Positions 48,601 to 62,402 of a DNA stretch of 64,000 nucleotides are shown piece after piece. The notes under the pieces are model-generated. The model saw only the letters and a list, made by a program, of their open reading frames with translations. It searched no databases and was not told where the DNA came from. Source of the stretch: Pelomyxa schiedti (lineage: Eukaryota; Protista; Evosea). The stretch's first letter is position 1. Each line of letters begins with the position of its first letter. The translations under genes and the position numbers were made by a program. Where the stretch lies: contig JAHLWZ010000824.1 in assembly GCA_020536535.1 (NCBI GenBank), positions 38,228 through 102,227 on the forward strand, in the 5' to 3' direction.

Positions 48601-51160
48601 TATGGAAGTAAAATAGCCTCTGAAGATCTGAGTGGCTTTTATGAGGATGACCCTAGTAAGAGATAAGAAGGTACCAGTATAAAGGGAACTTACCATTAAT
48701 ACGATTTTATTTTGTAAGGACGCTGGAGTGGGAAGCACAAAAAGTGGTGATGGTCGCTTGGCCAACAGAGTCCCTAATTTTTCTTCAAGAATGGTTGCTG
48801 CCAGAACCTGTTTGTAAGCTAAGGGGAGTGCCTAATGCTGAATTATTTTTTACTTGCTGCTCTTCTGTGCATCCATGTAATGACAGATAGATGATGACAG
48901 GCCAGCTATGGGAGAGTAAGAAAAAACCACATTGAATTCCTTTTTGAATGTGGGATGATTCCATACGGAGTTGTCCGGAATGCTTGGTCTCGAAGGAGGG
49001 TGACAAATTGCTCAAATAAGCAGAATCGGGTTACAGGATTTTTATCTTTTCCTTCAACAAGTGACACTATAGTGAACTCAATTAAGTAAAAATAAGGTCA
49101 TGAACCCAACCAACCTTGGAATAATTTTACACATCCTTTTGAAAGGGCAGACGAGTATGATTCTAGTGAACTATGTACCGAGCTCGAATTTATGAAGTAC
49201 TGTGAAAGTGGTGCATCCATGTCCTTGTGGAAAGTTAGGTGTATTGTTGAATCCAATGTATACTTGGTAAAGTTGATTGAAGGAGGGATAAAAAATAGAG
49301 TTTTCAGAAGAGGTGAGGTACTGCTCGAACCCATCCAACTGGAGGGAACCCTCATCACCATAAGTGGCAATTATTTCCCTCACATCCTTTAGAGTGATCC
49401 CTTTTTCCTTGTAATTTATCAATTGACAGAAAGAGGGAAAGAAAGATACACTTTGGTCATCGCGGAGAAAGGACATAAACGAAAGCTCAGATATACTTTC
49501 ACCTGGGGAAATTCGTTCAAATAAATTTACTACTTCGTCTCGTCTGAAAAGTTCGTAAAGAAGAATATTGAATTTCGTGCAGTTGAGCCCAGGCTTGTTT
49601 CCTGCAAGATCCTGCAAAAGGAATATAAATAATTGGGAAATTTGAGTGGGAAGTCAACATTGTACAACGTCTGAAGAAGTGCTTTCGTTACTCGTACATC
49701 ACTTAAATATGTCTAAGATTCAACACTAATTGTGAGGGACACACAGGGTTTTTAAAAGCCCCTTGACTTGTTGCATTGTAACTAGTGCATCCGGTTTGTT
49801 TGAGGTCAAGGAGAGCCAGGCGTTTTGAAGTAATCTTTGTGACAGTATGAAAAATTGCTACTGAGGACAGGGGCATACTCCTTGTGAAAATTATCAACCT
49901 GAAAGCTGTTGGCCCTAATATATTCAAAGGCTTCCACCCATTTGTCTCGCAGCTCTGAGCTGGCTGCTACAAAATCATGGATTGCACTGTGCAATCATTG
50001 GGAACGAACTGAATTGGTGGAGGGAAGTAACCCATCACGCAAAACAACGCTGAAAGACTTTGTAACAGCGGCATCTGCTGCCATCTTGCAAGTCAGAAAT
50101 GTGTGAGTTACCTGACCTTTGTGACACTCAGAGATCATGCTTCCGTACAAAGTAACACTGCCTTCTCAGTAATGTGAGATAATCAAGGAAGAATGGGTGA
50201 TAGTAACACACCCCACAAACGAACACTGCTACTTGACCCTGGAAGCCTAAAAAACTTTGGCCTCTGATCGGAATATGGACTAGTCGGTGCCGTTATCGTA
50301 ATGTATCGCCGATTGTTACTGTCCACTTTCACCTCACCCATTACGGGAACCATTTTTCGTTGCCATCGCATTTGAAGGTTCATATCTGACATCTAACAGG
50401 GGTGTACACAAAGCCTGTGAGTAAACAAAGAGCAGAGTACCAAACAAGTACTACCAAAGGTGGTGGCGGTCTTGTCTCTGTAATAGAGTGAGACTTTCTC
50501 AGCATTGCTGCCACAGAGCCCTTTCTTCCCTATTGTCATGCAGATTTTTTTTTTTAATATTAAATCAGTGAGTTCCTTGGAAATAGACCATACCTTTCCC
50601 AGTATCTCCTCCATTGCAGTAGGGGTTGATCCCGAGGCTACTGAAGAGGATATCCTTGGCCCAGAAACACCACCTCTGGTGCTGGTTGTTAAATTACTCC
50701 TGCTAGAATTAGGTGATGTAGTAGTTGCAGTTGTTGATGATGTAATTGGTGACGTTGGCGTTGACGTTGGCGTTGGTGTAGATGTAGAGGAAGAAGCGGA
50801 TGAAGAAGAATACAGAGTGGGGCTGATAGAATGGGACAGTGACGAGGACGACGAGTGGGAAGACGAAGGGGACGTGGAGGGCGATGGAGAATGGGTGGTC
50901 GAGGGCAGCAGGGAGGGCGACGGGGAACGTGACCGCGTGTGGTGGTGGTGGGTGCCACTAGAGGTGTGGGATTTGCTGCCGGTTGTGCTTGTGTTGGCGC
51001 TGGGGTTTGTCATTGTGGGAGATGTGGATGACGACGAGGAGGAGGACGAGTGTGGTGAGGGAGGCGAGGACGAGGACGTCGATGTTGTGGACGGGGGTGG
51101 CGAGGAGGGAGGAGGGCTGGTGACGGAACCTGAGAAACTCAGCCCAGAGGGCCTTTTCAT
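45621..51160 (-). CDS. Degenerate PI-PLC (PH, EF, X/Y, C2) fused to a PP2C-like domain
   Basis: DMDAPLSQYFINSS, LSKGC, PTPASLQNKIVL, FFMQNGYCGYVRKP and FNPQWDQVFE; then PICD, ALADGCNWG, SVGDCK, RDPGGRIG, SDGVHDNL and GKPDH. Confidence 0.8.
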
Positions 51161-51589
51161 TTGCGGGTGGTTGGTCGGTTCGGGCTTGTGGGAAGGGGTA
51201 CGAGCACCGAGAGGTGGTGGTAGTTTTCTGGTTTTTTTTTTGTTTTTCGTAGCCTCAGATGGGTTTCCCGGGAGTTCGCGGAAGGGACGATCTACGATCT
51301 CGGGCCATGCTGAGCCCTCACAACAGAACTGACTACTCCAAGAGGTACTCACTTCCTCTCATAATCTCCCCACGAAAGCTCCTAGAGACTCCCTGCTAAG
51401 CCACGATCATGAGTAAGGCAGGAAAATAAAAACCAAAACAAATAAACAAGGTGGTGAGGCGATCGCAACGCGGGATCTTGCGGAATGTCGACAGCGATAG
51501 GCAGTGCATTTAACACAACTGTGGAGTTGTTCGAAGAGTTCAAGCTGTTGTTTGCCCAGTACCAATTTTGCACCCCAAATGAGAATCAC

Positions 51590-52560
51590 ATGAATTCACT
51601 TCTCACAAAAATGAAGGTCACTCATCCTTGACTTCATTTTTTTTGGATTCTGAGGTTTTTTTTTTCCCCCCAACAGGCACAGGTTATGATGTTTTCTGTG
51701 ATGAAGACGAGCTTATTCCCCACCCCTGAACCAGAACTAGTGAAAGAGCTGGCTTTGTCACGAGACATTTTTGAGCACGCCTGCTTGTTTTGTCTCAAGA
51801 CCAAGGATATACTTGGATTTTCAAGATACTTTGCTCTTCTTCGGCCGTTTTATTTTGACTACCGGTATTGTCTCGTTCACGGTTTTCCTTCTTCAAATTA
51901 AGCTGTGATACAGGACCAAGATAGACACTTCTGCACGGGAACAACTTCTTCTTGGTCTTAACTTGCTTCACCTTTTAAGTCAAAATAAGTTGGCAGAGTT
52001 TCACACTGAACTCGAGTGTTTACCGCATGAAGTCCTTTCTTCAATGTAGTCTACAAGGTTTTTCCATCTCTGTCAACAAACTATGAAAGGTACATCAAAT
52101 TCCCGGTTGAATTAGAACAGTTTATGATGGAAGGCTCGTACAATAAAGTACTTCAAGCAAGAACAGGGGTGCCTTCTGAGTGGTGCAATCTTTTTGTGGA
52201 TATTTTGTCTGAAACAGTACGGTATGCACCGTTGTTTTTGCCCGATATTTTTTAGCACTTATTGCCACAAGGAATGATATTGCAAGTTGCAGTGAGAAAT
52301 CTTATAAAAAACTCCCCGTATCTGTTGCTAAGGAATTTCTATACCTCCCTGAGGAGACAAATTTCTTAAGATATGTTGAAGAGGTAGGCGCGGGATAGTC
52401 CTGTAATAAAATGACTAACCTCCAACAGCACCACTGGTTTGTTGAGGATGGCTATGTTGTATTCAACAAAGTGGACACAACCAAAGTTACTGAAGTACCA
52501 GCAATGCGACAAATTAGAGAAACCTTATCCTACGCAAAAGAGTTGGAACGAATTGTCTAA
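51590..52560 (+). CDS. PSMD8: 26S proteasome lid subunit Rpn12
   Basis: [50 protein letters not shown] and [11 protein letters not shown]-stop. Confidence 0.95.
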
Positions 52561-52696
52561 CTTACACAAACAAAAATAACAAAGAAAAAGAGTCCTGTTG
52601 TGGACCCTCATTTATTGCTTGTGCAAAACTATTCATTATACCAACACTTGTGCCTCACGCGCTACAGAAAGTATTTGTAAACGCAATTGGTCAGCC

Positions 52697-54169
52697 TCAT
52701 GAGATGCTTGCTGGACTTGATTCCCTAAGTCCCTCCATTCTGCCAGCTCTTCAAAATGTTCAGAAATGTGGTCCTATTTGTGTGAGTCTGGTGTGTTACT
52801 TTGGTTGGAAACAGACCAGAAACGATGAAAGAAACTGAGCTGATCTCTCACTAGTTGTTGAGTGCCTTTCCACAAACTTCCCGATGATTTGAGCCATCAT
52901 AAGCAGGTCATTGTGGTTTTTGGCGTTGGGTATTGAGTCTGTGGTGAATTTTACACTTTGCAGTTGTGGAGGCGGTTGTGGCGGGTGACGCTGGGGGTGT
53001 TTGTGCGCGACTGGTTGCGTGCTAGCGGCTGAAGTGGATGATGAAGCTGGTTGCGAGTCGTCGTGTTGCTGTCCTTGTCTTCTTCTTTGGTTTCGCCCTT
53101 TCAGATTGATTCTCTTCTTGGGTTGGTCTGGTGGGACTTCCTCCACAGGGGGTTTCACAGTTTGTGAGGCAAGAGGCATGGCGGAAGGTGCATTAGGCGG
53201 CGGCGGGTCAAGAGAAGGGAGTTGCTGTGTTGGAATATCAATTGCAGGGAGTTGTGGTGCTGCCGTTTCATTGTTTGTCACGGTCAGTGGTAAAGAGGAA
53301 GTGAGAGGAAGGGGGGTTGTGGGATCTGTTGGGTCGACCAAGGGAAGAGGGATGGGATCACTGGTGAGCAACGGCTTTTCTGTTGTATCAAAATTGGTGT
53401 CTAGCGGTTTATTTGATTGTTCCTGATTAAATGCGGCATCAAGTATCTCGTCCATGGTTGTGGAAGTTGGGAGCTGAAACAATAAGTACTAAAATTAGTA
53501 GGATAATGGAATCCAACCTCCAGAGGAAGCAAAGATGGCGGGTGAATACTTTCTAGTATGGAAACTGATTCTCTGGAGGGTGCTCTTATATCTCCAGCTA
53601 GTATTGGGGAAGGTGGAGGAAAATTCAAGGCTGGGGGACTTGCCACCCCTGTACGTAATGTAGTGGGGTGATGCTTGTGTGGTCTGTCCTGTCTGCGCCG
53701 TTGTTTTTGTGGTAACTGCGTGTTATTTTGTTGGAGTGGCTGTCTTGGTAACAAAAAAAGGGTGGAGGAAGATGCGTTAGAAGAAAACATCGAATATCTA
53801 TCAATTTTAACTAGTATATCTGAGCTTTACAAATAATACCCCAACGTATAAACTAGGTTCCATAATAACAGGTTTTTTTTTTTGTATGCACACTTTCTCA
53901 ACGTCAGAAGTTGGTTCTTCCTGCTGCTCCAGTTTCGTTTCCACAGCAGGGTGGACAAGAACCGAAGGAGGCAAAGAAGATACGACAGTCGCGGATGCAA
54001 CATCTTCCATGGGATCTACGACGTCGTCGTACAGAGCCGTTAATGTAGGGGGTGGCCTCTTGGCCGCCTCGTGCCGCACTCTGCCATCTCGTTTATCTCT
54101 TCTCACACCTTTATTTCCATCAGCCGGCTTGCCCAGATCACCCGGCGCAACGCAGCCAGTATCGCCCAT
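52697..54169 (-). CDS. Hypothetical Pro/Gln-rich protein
   Basis: Exon-like ORFs 53807-54169 and 52796-53482; no domain recognised. Confidence 0.5.
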
Positions 54170-55182
54170 TGATCAGCTTGTTTTTCTTATAAAATGATGA
54201 TTGTTGTTAGTGACTATAAAAGACAATAATCAACAGGCTGTAATTTTCGTTACCGTCGACAGGTCTGCTGTTTTTTTATTGTCCCAGGGGCGACCCTAAC
54301 ACATGAACTTTAAAAACAAACCGAGTGCAGCTTTTTTCTTACTTCTGGAGGTGCTTACGAAGATTTGTGCCTTCGTTTCTCATTCACAATACACAAGTCC
54401 ATGTTATCTTAATCTTTTGTGCACTCAAGACTATCTTATAATATGTGACCCCAACGGAATACACTCCTGCTGCACCGTCCTTTCAGGGCTTACACAACCG
54501 AGCACCACGTTGAACAATTAGTCGATTTCAAACAAAACAGATGGCTACACCAATCCAAGAGTGTGTGATATATGCTGAACAGCAAATTGATTTGTCTCTC
54601 CTTTCCAATTCCACAAGGTTTCCAAAAGTTCACCCTCACCACCCTCGCGACGCCAAGCACCCACTTCTTTCCAATGGCTCTCCTCCACAATACACTCCTC
54701 ACCCATCATGAAAGAATTAAGAGGTCATCAGCAGAGTTTTGGTCTTCTGCGCAGGAACATTATCCTGTTAAAAAGAGTTAGTTGCTATCCAGAACCTGGT
54801 GGCCATGAACTAACAACAAATAGATCTTCATGAGACACATTGAATTCGGCACATCCCATTATAGTTCGTCTTGTTGCTGCAATCTTTGGCGTGTGTTTTG
54901 CACAAAGAAATGGCACAGGTCAACAAGTGGATCCTGAAAAATTTCCGGGGCCTTGCCAGTTTCACAGTTGTGCCCCACGAGACATCAGACATCAGGGGAA
55001 CGTTATTGGTTTGCACCTTTATTACACTGCCAAGGCTTTCCCCCACAACACCTCACAGCTTCAGCGTTACGCGAAGATTGATCGCTTTTTTAATATCCTC
55101 TAAATTGACAGCTCAGAATTACACCGTGAAAACAAAAAAAAACAACAAAACCAAGAAAATACGAGGTGTGGGGAGAGTGGGG

Positions 55183-56640
55183 ATGGGAGACAACACTAGA
55201 GGGACAGTTACGGTGACTACCGCGAGATCTGGATCTGGTGATGTAGTTGTGTCTGTGGCACCGACACAAGAAGACCGTGCTGTTGAAAGCAGTGCGGTGT
55301 TGGGAAACAGTGCTGCACTGGCTGGAAAGGCTAAACGCAAGGGGAAAAACTCTGGATCCAATTACGACGACCCGTGGACTGACGGCGCCAGCTTTCGCGT
55401 CGTTGGCGTTGTGATAGCGTTCATACAGCTGCCAGTGGCAGTGTTCTTGCTGATGTTGTATGCTAAAAAGGATGGCTTCTGGGAAACTAGCTGGTGGGTG
55501 GTTTTTTCGCCACTGCTCGCGATGTCGTTGATTCTGTTCCTCATCAGTACCAAGCGATCGACTGCACCACATTCAGTCCGTTTCATCTGGGTTTTTGGAA
55601 TTGTGAATCTGGTAGCCTTTATAATACTTCTGGTCTTCAAGTTAGTGCTCTCAAATTTTGGCAACTCAATTCTGATTCCCTTCTTTCCAGGCTGGAATAT
55701 AACTCTGACATGTTGGCTAATGTGTTGTATATTTATGTTCCATGGTGGATTCTCTCAGGAGTATGTCTATTGCAACAATTTTCCTTGTAATTATTTCACT
55801 CCCCTCCCTTTTTTCGCTGGACCAATCACCCACAATATGCAAATAGGGAGTGTTTGTGATCGGGCTACTCTCATGTGTCCGAGCCTTCATTAAGGGATGT
55901 GGAGTGCATCCTTCTCTCATAGAAATGCATTTGAGAGTGGGGATAGCGATGATAGCATTTTCTATCCTGATGACGGTCATCATTACAATAATGTACCTGA
56001 AGCAATCTGGAAGTTTAAATGCCGGCTGGTATATTCCTTTTTTTTTTAACACAAACACCAGCCATCCATTAACTCGGTATTCAGGACGGTCATTTTCATT
56101 CCTTGGTAGCTTTACTACTTTTAGATTCTTTATCTTATTGGGGTAAGGTGGATTATAGATACTTTTGCATTTCTTATGGGTGTATTTTTAATCGTTTTCT
56201 CATGGGGTGCTGGGCAAGATGCACTCTTCCCTGTATGCACATTTTTGTTGTGACGTTGCATTTACATCCTATAGTTGTTCCAAGTTCTCAATTTTCAGGC
56301 TTTGGTGATATCATTCACTGTATTTGAAGTTCTCCTTGCACTTTTTCTAGATGGAGAAGACGGACTTCCGATCTATGCACCATTCATTGTGGCACTTGTT
56401 GTAGATTTGTTGTTCGTCACCTGTGGAGCGGCACTCATATTTGGCAAAAACCGTCAAAGGAGTTTATTTGCTCACAAAAAACGCAGCAAAGTAGCCCGTA
56501 GAAAACCCCCTGCCAAGAGGGGCACTTACCAATCGGTGCCTGACACCACCGGCACCACCCTTCCTGCCACTGATGAAGTGAGAATACCTATACCCGAGAC
56601 ACAAGAAATAAAACCAACAACTATAACAAGTAATGTGTAG
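55183..56640 (+). CDS. TMEM185/TMEM60-like multipass membrane protein
   Basis: Repeated TM hairpins with KKDG..SWWVVFSPL, W.VIFIPW and LFLDG...YAPF patterns. Confidence 0.7.
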
Positions 56641-56707
56641 ACTAAAAGATAAAAAAAAGTATTTTTTTTCCCCATTCCCATTAAACCTTTTGAGTGTTGG
56701 GTTCTCA

Positions 56708-57838
56708 TCAGGAAGAACTAGAATGTGGAGTCGGTCCACTGCCAATTCCCATGAGAGCCCACCAAGGGCCGTCACGAGGTGGATTGGCTTCAACAACATC
56801 CATCCACTTTGATACGAACGTGCAGAACTTTCCCATCTCGGAAGCGGGATCAAGCTCAGATAAGGCCTTGCGGCAGAACCGCGCATACAACTGCCTCCTC
56901 AGGTTCACCATTCTCCACAGCGCGGGCCTGTCCACGGGCGAGCCGACAGCCTTCTCGTATCCCACAATGATGGAATCCGTGAACCGCAGCGGGTCCGTCG
57001 CCGGCCGCTTCAGCGCAGCAGCCTCGTCAGCCGACGGGCCGCCAATGTCCTTCGAGTCGCCGGCTCCTACCAGCATCACGGTGGCCCAGATTGGCTGGGC
57101 AAGGTCGTACAGGAACCACGACCTCTGGGCCTGGTCCCAGTCGAACATGCACGGTGCGCCCTCGTGCCAGTGGTAGTTGCTCGGGTTCACGTCGCCGTGG
57201 ATGATCCCATAATGGCGCTCGTCGCGTGCCCGGGCCTGGTCGTCGGGGTGCACGTCGACCCCGCGCAGTATCCCATCATGCAGTTCCGTCCACTCCCTGA
57301 ACCCGCGGGTCCCCGAGCCGCCGCCGCGGCGCTCGGCCACAAACCGCCTCGTCAAGGCGTGCAGGGAGCCCATCCACGCGCCCAGCGCCTCGGCGTGCTC
57401 GTCGGTGGTCCACTTCCTCTCGTGGTACACGACGGGCTCGCCCGGCGCGTAGTCGAACGCGCACACGACCAGGCTGCCGCTCCTCACCACGTACGAGCCG
57501 GCGCGCGACGCCACGGGGCCGCACACGGGCAGCCCGTGCTCCCGGAGGTACACGAGGAGCTCCACCTCCGCCGCGATGGCCTCGTGCCTCGTCGACGCGG
57601 GGTCGGGCGTGACCCTCACGATGAACTTGCGCGGGGGCTCGGGCTCCGAAGCACTCGCGGCCGTGGTAGTGGTCGTGGTCGTGGCGGCGCCCGAGGGTGC
57701 AGCAGCAGCAGCAGCAGTGGCTACGAATGTGTGGTTCTGGGACTGCTTGAGGCACGTGCCCAGGGTGATGTCCCAGTTCTCTTTTACTACAGCTCGCACA
57801 ACTTCTACGTCGATGGGTATCGTCTCGAACAGCGGCAT
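56708..57838 (-). CDS. APH/type II homoserine kinase-like phosphotransferase, intronless
   Basis: FIVRV, AEVELL.YL, MGSLH, IIHGDVNPSN, MFDWD and FLYDLA. Confidence 0.88.
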   Translation of the reverse strand: MPLFETIPIDVEVVRAVVKENWDITLGTCLKQSQNHTFVATAAAAAAPSGAATTTTTTTAASASEPEPPRKFIVRVTPDPASTRHEAIAAEVELLVYLREHGLPVCGPVASRAGSYVVRSGSLVVCAFDYAPGEPVVYHERKWTTDEHAEALGAWMGSLHALTRRFVAERRGGGSGTRGFREWTELHDGILRGVDVHPDDQARARDERHYGIIHGDVNPSNYHWHEGAPCMFDWDQAQRSWFLYDLAQPIWATVMLVGAGDSKDIGGPSADEAAALKRPATDPLRFTDSIIVGYEKAVGSPVDRPALWRMVNLRRQLYARFCRKALSELDPASEMGKFCTFVSKWMDVVEANPPRDGPWWALMGIGSGPTPHSSSS

Positions 57839-58029
57839 TTGTCCTTGCTTGTAGTCTTGCTTTTTTTTTTTTTGTTTTCTGTTTGCTTGTTGACCCCTTT
57901 TATTATTAAATCTGTGATTGTCATTGCTGTTCGCCAGTTTGTTGCTGCCCTCGCCAAAATTTTGTACATCTCAATACAGAACAAGACCATGTGAACAAAT
58001 TTTCTGGTTCCTTAAAAAAGGCCAATATC

Positions 58030-59131
58030 TCATAGTTTGGGAGAAGGGAAAGTGTACATGTCAAGCCTACGTTGTATGCGGGTGGGAATAGACTGACGAA
58101 CAGAGTCTACGCGAGACAAGTCAATCTTTGACACCAGGGTTGTCTTCTCCATTTTGGCTTGCACAATGACTTCTCCCCAGGGTGATACTAGCATGGAGTG
58201 GCCCCACGCCTTGTATGCGCTCTCTGGATTTTGTGCTGGGGATACCCCTGCAACATAGCTGGAATTCAAGGTGAGAGAAGATAGGGGGGGGGGGTACATA
58301 ACGGGAAATACCATTGATTATCAAGAGCACGCGAGCGCAACAGCAGTTCCCAATGGGCAGGTCCAGTAGTCATGTTGAAGGCACCGGGAAAACATAGCAT
58401 TTTGCAGTCATAGCTTCACAGTAGTGAGCGAGGTGCTTGTGTTGGAAGGTTGGAAGTTACTGGTATGAGTATATTCTTGATAACTCGGAGAACCTCATGT
58501 CGTAACATATTCCAATTCCAATCTTGCACCACTTTGTATCCAAAACAGTGAAGGCATTTCCCGCTGTAAGTGTCTCAGACTCTGACAGTGTGTAAAAAAC
58601 CTCGAAGTCTCCCCAAAATATCATAGTAACCGCGGAAAGTGATTCCACCAGGCACATTGATATCAAACAAGTGGCACTTGCGGTGAGTAGCTGCAAGTTC
58701 CCCGGTTGGTGAAAATGCCATGCATGTATTGTAGATATGGTCACCCTGTCTCTCTGGGATCGATCCACCAATTACATAAACGCCACAGCGCCTGGAAACC
58801 TATACATTTTTTTTGTTATTAAAAAAAAAAGATAGTAAAAGCTTTCACTCCAATCTTCGGAAATTACATAATTAACATAACAGCACGTTTTATTACTATC
58901 TCGAGAAACCAACTTCCGACAGCATAGCAAAACTGGGGCCTGACAGTAAGCACTCTGAGTAATCGGCGAATACCGATGTCGAGTACGGGCACACGAACAT
59001 CTCAGGCAGGCAAACCACTTCCGCCCCCAGTCTCCCAACTGCGTCCTCGATTGCCTCGCGTGCCTGTGACAAGTTGTGCCCCTTGTCCGTCCCCACCATA
59101 GTCTGACACCTATTCGCGCAGGGTTGGTCAT
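58030..59131 (-). CDS. NIT2: Omega-amidase (nitrilase family)
   Basis: [59 protein letters not shown] and WGHSM. Confidence 0.92.
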
Positions 59132-59299
59132 TCGCTTTAGGATTATGGGGCCCGTGCGTAGTAGACGAAGGGGCAGGGGATGTCTCACATCGCGAAGCGG
59201 AACTCCATCTCCCTCTCTCCAGTGAGACTCACAAGTTGGGTCTCTGGTTTCTTCTGAAAGAAGAATGTTGATCAGAGTCCAGGGAAGGAGACGCTTTCA

Positions 59300-60614
59300 A
59301 TGAGCGAGGATTCACGAAAGTGGATTAGTTGGCCTCGCCTCGGTGTTGCCAACTTGGGTAGGGATGACACAGCAATGCGGGGTGAACTGGCTTTTCTGGA
59401 GGCGGGGAACAGTCGGGACTTGAAGATCAGAGTTGCTCCATGCGAAAGAAACACTCTTCTCAGTTACCGGGAGGGGGGAAGTGAGTGTACTGCAATCTCA
59501 AGATGCTTTTTTGGAAGGTAAACTTACGCTAGTAAGGAAGGGAAGGTTTCGACTAAACGTAAACGGCATAAAAATGGTCAATAACAGAAAATTTACCAGC
59601 CACATAACAGAGGGCATCAAACTGAATATATTACTCTCCTTCTAAAAAGGCAAATTAGCTTGTGGTTGGGGTGTGGCAGGCTCTGTGGCGCTTTTTCTGT
59701 TTGTCCAAATTGCGCTCATGTGGCGTGGTTCTTCCGCCAATCGTCAGGGAAGCTTCATGTTAAAAAGGACTCACTTTGATGGCACTGATGAATATGCAAG
59801 AAGGGAAAACTGGCACGAGGTATGTGCTCCCTTTTTTTGTTGGGTATTTGGTTCTGTGCCTTGTTCTTAGGAAGGGGGTATTTTCTTTTCTGATTTTGGT
59901 TGTTTAATTGGTCTAGTAACGATGCTATTGGTTGTATAGGTTGAAGTACAAAGCAAAGAAATAATCAATTTGTGTGATGAGGCGGAGGCAAACCCAGAAA
60001 ATTCAGCATCCTCGGCTACGCAAATAAAATCAGCAGCAACCACTATCCAAGGGCTTGCTGATAAAATTGCTCAGAATGAAACAACCAAGGTAACTATAGA
60101 TACATACACCATCGCTGCGCTGCCTACCAAATAATGTGCACTATTTCTGGCCAGTCATTACTGCCTCCATCCTAATCCTTGTTACCAGAAAAGGAGGAAA
60201 AAGCCAGCACACAAGCCAGGCAATGCTCGCCAAGAAGCGCAAGTCACTAATGCACCCCTGCCAACAGTGTCACCTCACAAATCGGCCACTTCTCCAGTTT
60301 CTTCAAGTGTCAATGCTACTCCCAATCCTGCTCCCCCTCTCACTGCCACTGCCACTCCCACCCACATCCACACCAATGCCACTTCAGCCAACTATGAATC
60401 ACATTCCACAGACACACCCCATCCCCCCTCTTCTGTTAATGTCAAACATCACTACAAGAAGTCCCCAATCAAAAAGGAACCGGCGGAGGACAAACAACAG
60501 CCCGCCAATCCGAATGTCTGCTCAACTTCACCAAATTCGAATCCCAACAACATTCAGACCAACACCAATCACCCCTCAGAAGAAACCTCATCAACGTCTA
60601 CAAGTTCCAGCTGA
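59300..60614 (+). CDS. Hypothetical protein with a low-complexity C-terminus
   Basis: Chain of short ORFs ending in the Pro/Thr-rich ORF 60267-60614; start and exon structure uncertain. Confidence 0.35.
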
Positions 60615-60897
60615 ACTCAACCCATAACGCCCTGCCACCAACGTCCTTTGTGTACCCAACCGACTGAGCCAAGAAAAAAAACGCTTGTGCCTTTCGCCTA
60701 GTGGGGGGTTTTGCGGCGCCTTAGAAGAGTTTCGTTGGATGTGAATAGAGTCTACAATTAAAATGTAATTTCCTGTACAGTCAATTCTGTTGATCAAAAA
60801 CGGATCAACAAGTGGTGCATGATGTTCAGTACGGTATTGCCGTAATTGAACTTTCAGGTTTTTGTAAATAGATAGATATTGGAAAGGGTTTGTTTGA

Positions 60898-62194
60898 TTA
60901 CCAAGAGGATGTGGGGTTGCCAGCAGGAATCCAGGGGGAGTCCGTGGGACGTGGAACTTCGGCCGGCATTTCGTGTATGTATTTGGATGTGTTGCTTCTT
61001 ATCAGCGTTTTGAGCTGAAAGGTGGGGCTGTTATCTGAGGGTGTTAATTGGATTGTGATTTTGGTTGGAGGGGAGTTTGCTTACTTGGTCTCTCTAAGGT
61101 TACAATTTCGCAGTTGGAAGGGTTCCATACATCGTGAAAGGCCTCCACTGTCCAGTGGAAGTATCTCATGAGGAGAAGACGCAAAGTAATACCATGTGAT
61201 ATCTAAAAAATTGAGCTGTTATTTTTCCCGGATTGCTTTCTTGCCACTTACTACTACAACACTGGGGGCACAGCTTTTCTTCATTTCACTTTGGGGTATT
61301 CATGAGAAGCACTGCTGAGAAAAGAACAAACCGAAGCAAGGTTCCCAAAAATTGTGATACCCGGTCATATACATCCGCTCCTGACTCGCCGCTTGGAAAT
61401 CGAAAATAGAAACTCCCAACATGCCGCCGTTGTTCGATAATTGCTGGCATCTCCTTTGGGTCTTGGTAGTTTCCCCACTCTTGTTCACGGAGCCGAGGAT
61501 CTTCTCGTACATTTATCTGATGCGGGTCAAAAGCTTCCCGGATTTTTTGGAAAGTCATCCTAAAGGTGATATGTAATGTTGTCACGTCAAAGAATCAATA
61601 ATCGTGAGGAAAAAGACTTACTCGCAACGAAGATAAGGTGAAACAAAGAACTGCACCGGTTTATCGCCGATCAGTCCCTTAAGGTGGCGGCCAGCTAAGG
61701 TTGCTTGTTCATCCCCCGTGGCTATTGTTGGCTGGTTAAAACAAAAAGGAGTATTGCATATAAAAGAACTACGTGAGAGTGGAATCTTGTTATCTGGAAC
61801 AGTTGCATATATTTCCGGATTGGTGTTAGCCGTGCTCTCGCCGTGTCTTACCAAGAAAAGGTACCGAGGCATGTGTAACAGTGCTTGCTACAGCGATGTT
61901 ATTACATACAAAATAGGTGGGCAGAGATTCCCATTATAATATAACAACAACCTCGCGCTTCCAAGACACGAATTGAGCAAAAAAATCCGGAGGCAAGCTG
62001 GGAGGTGCTGAAGCCGTACTAATCAACGCGGAAGTTGCAACTGCAACTGCATGAGGCCGTCGTTCCTCCTCCACATCTTTGGAGTTCTGCGTCAGTCTAG
62101 GGTCTGGCTCCGTGCAATTCGACACGGTGGTGGTGTGCGGGATGGCCGCGTGCTGGGCAGTTATGGGAGTGATGGGCACTTCGTGGGCACTCAT
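60898..62194 (-). CDS. Histidine phosphatase (phosphoglycerate mutase family)
   Basis: LVRHGES, SPYLRC, LREQEWGN, GESGADVYDRV and HGITLR; ORF 61934-62194 splices in frame as the first exon. Confidence 0.88.
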
Positions 62195-62402
62195 TGTGCT
62201 TTGGTGTTAGTTTTTTTTTTATTGCACCGCACAAAAAATTAAGATGAACTTTGTTCAGTTCGCCGCACATAGAGAAAAGAAAAGCCTCTCTTCGAAGATG
62301 ACTTTTGATGTTCATTGTTGTGTTGGTTCTGGTTCGTGGATGATCACAGGGCAGAGTAGGCTGAACCCTAGGTCATTCTTGTAAAAAGCGGCTGCACAGT
62401 TT

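Noticed and set aside
50505-51332. Long antisense ORFs (also 926-1566, 33171-33914 and 57164-57994)
   Set aside because: They are shadows of GC-rich low-complexity exons on the opposite strand
54200-55180. 1-kb gap with short ORFs (possible pseudogene)
   Set aside because: No identifiable homology or spliceable frame
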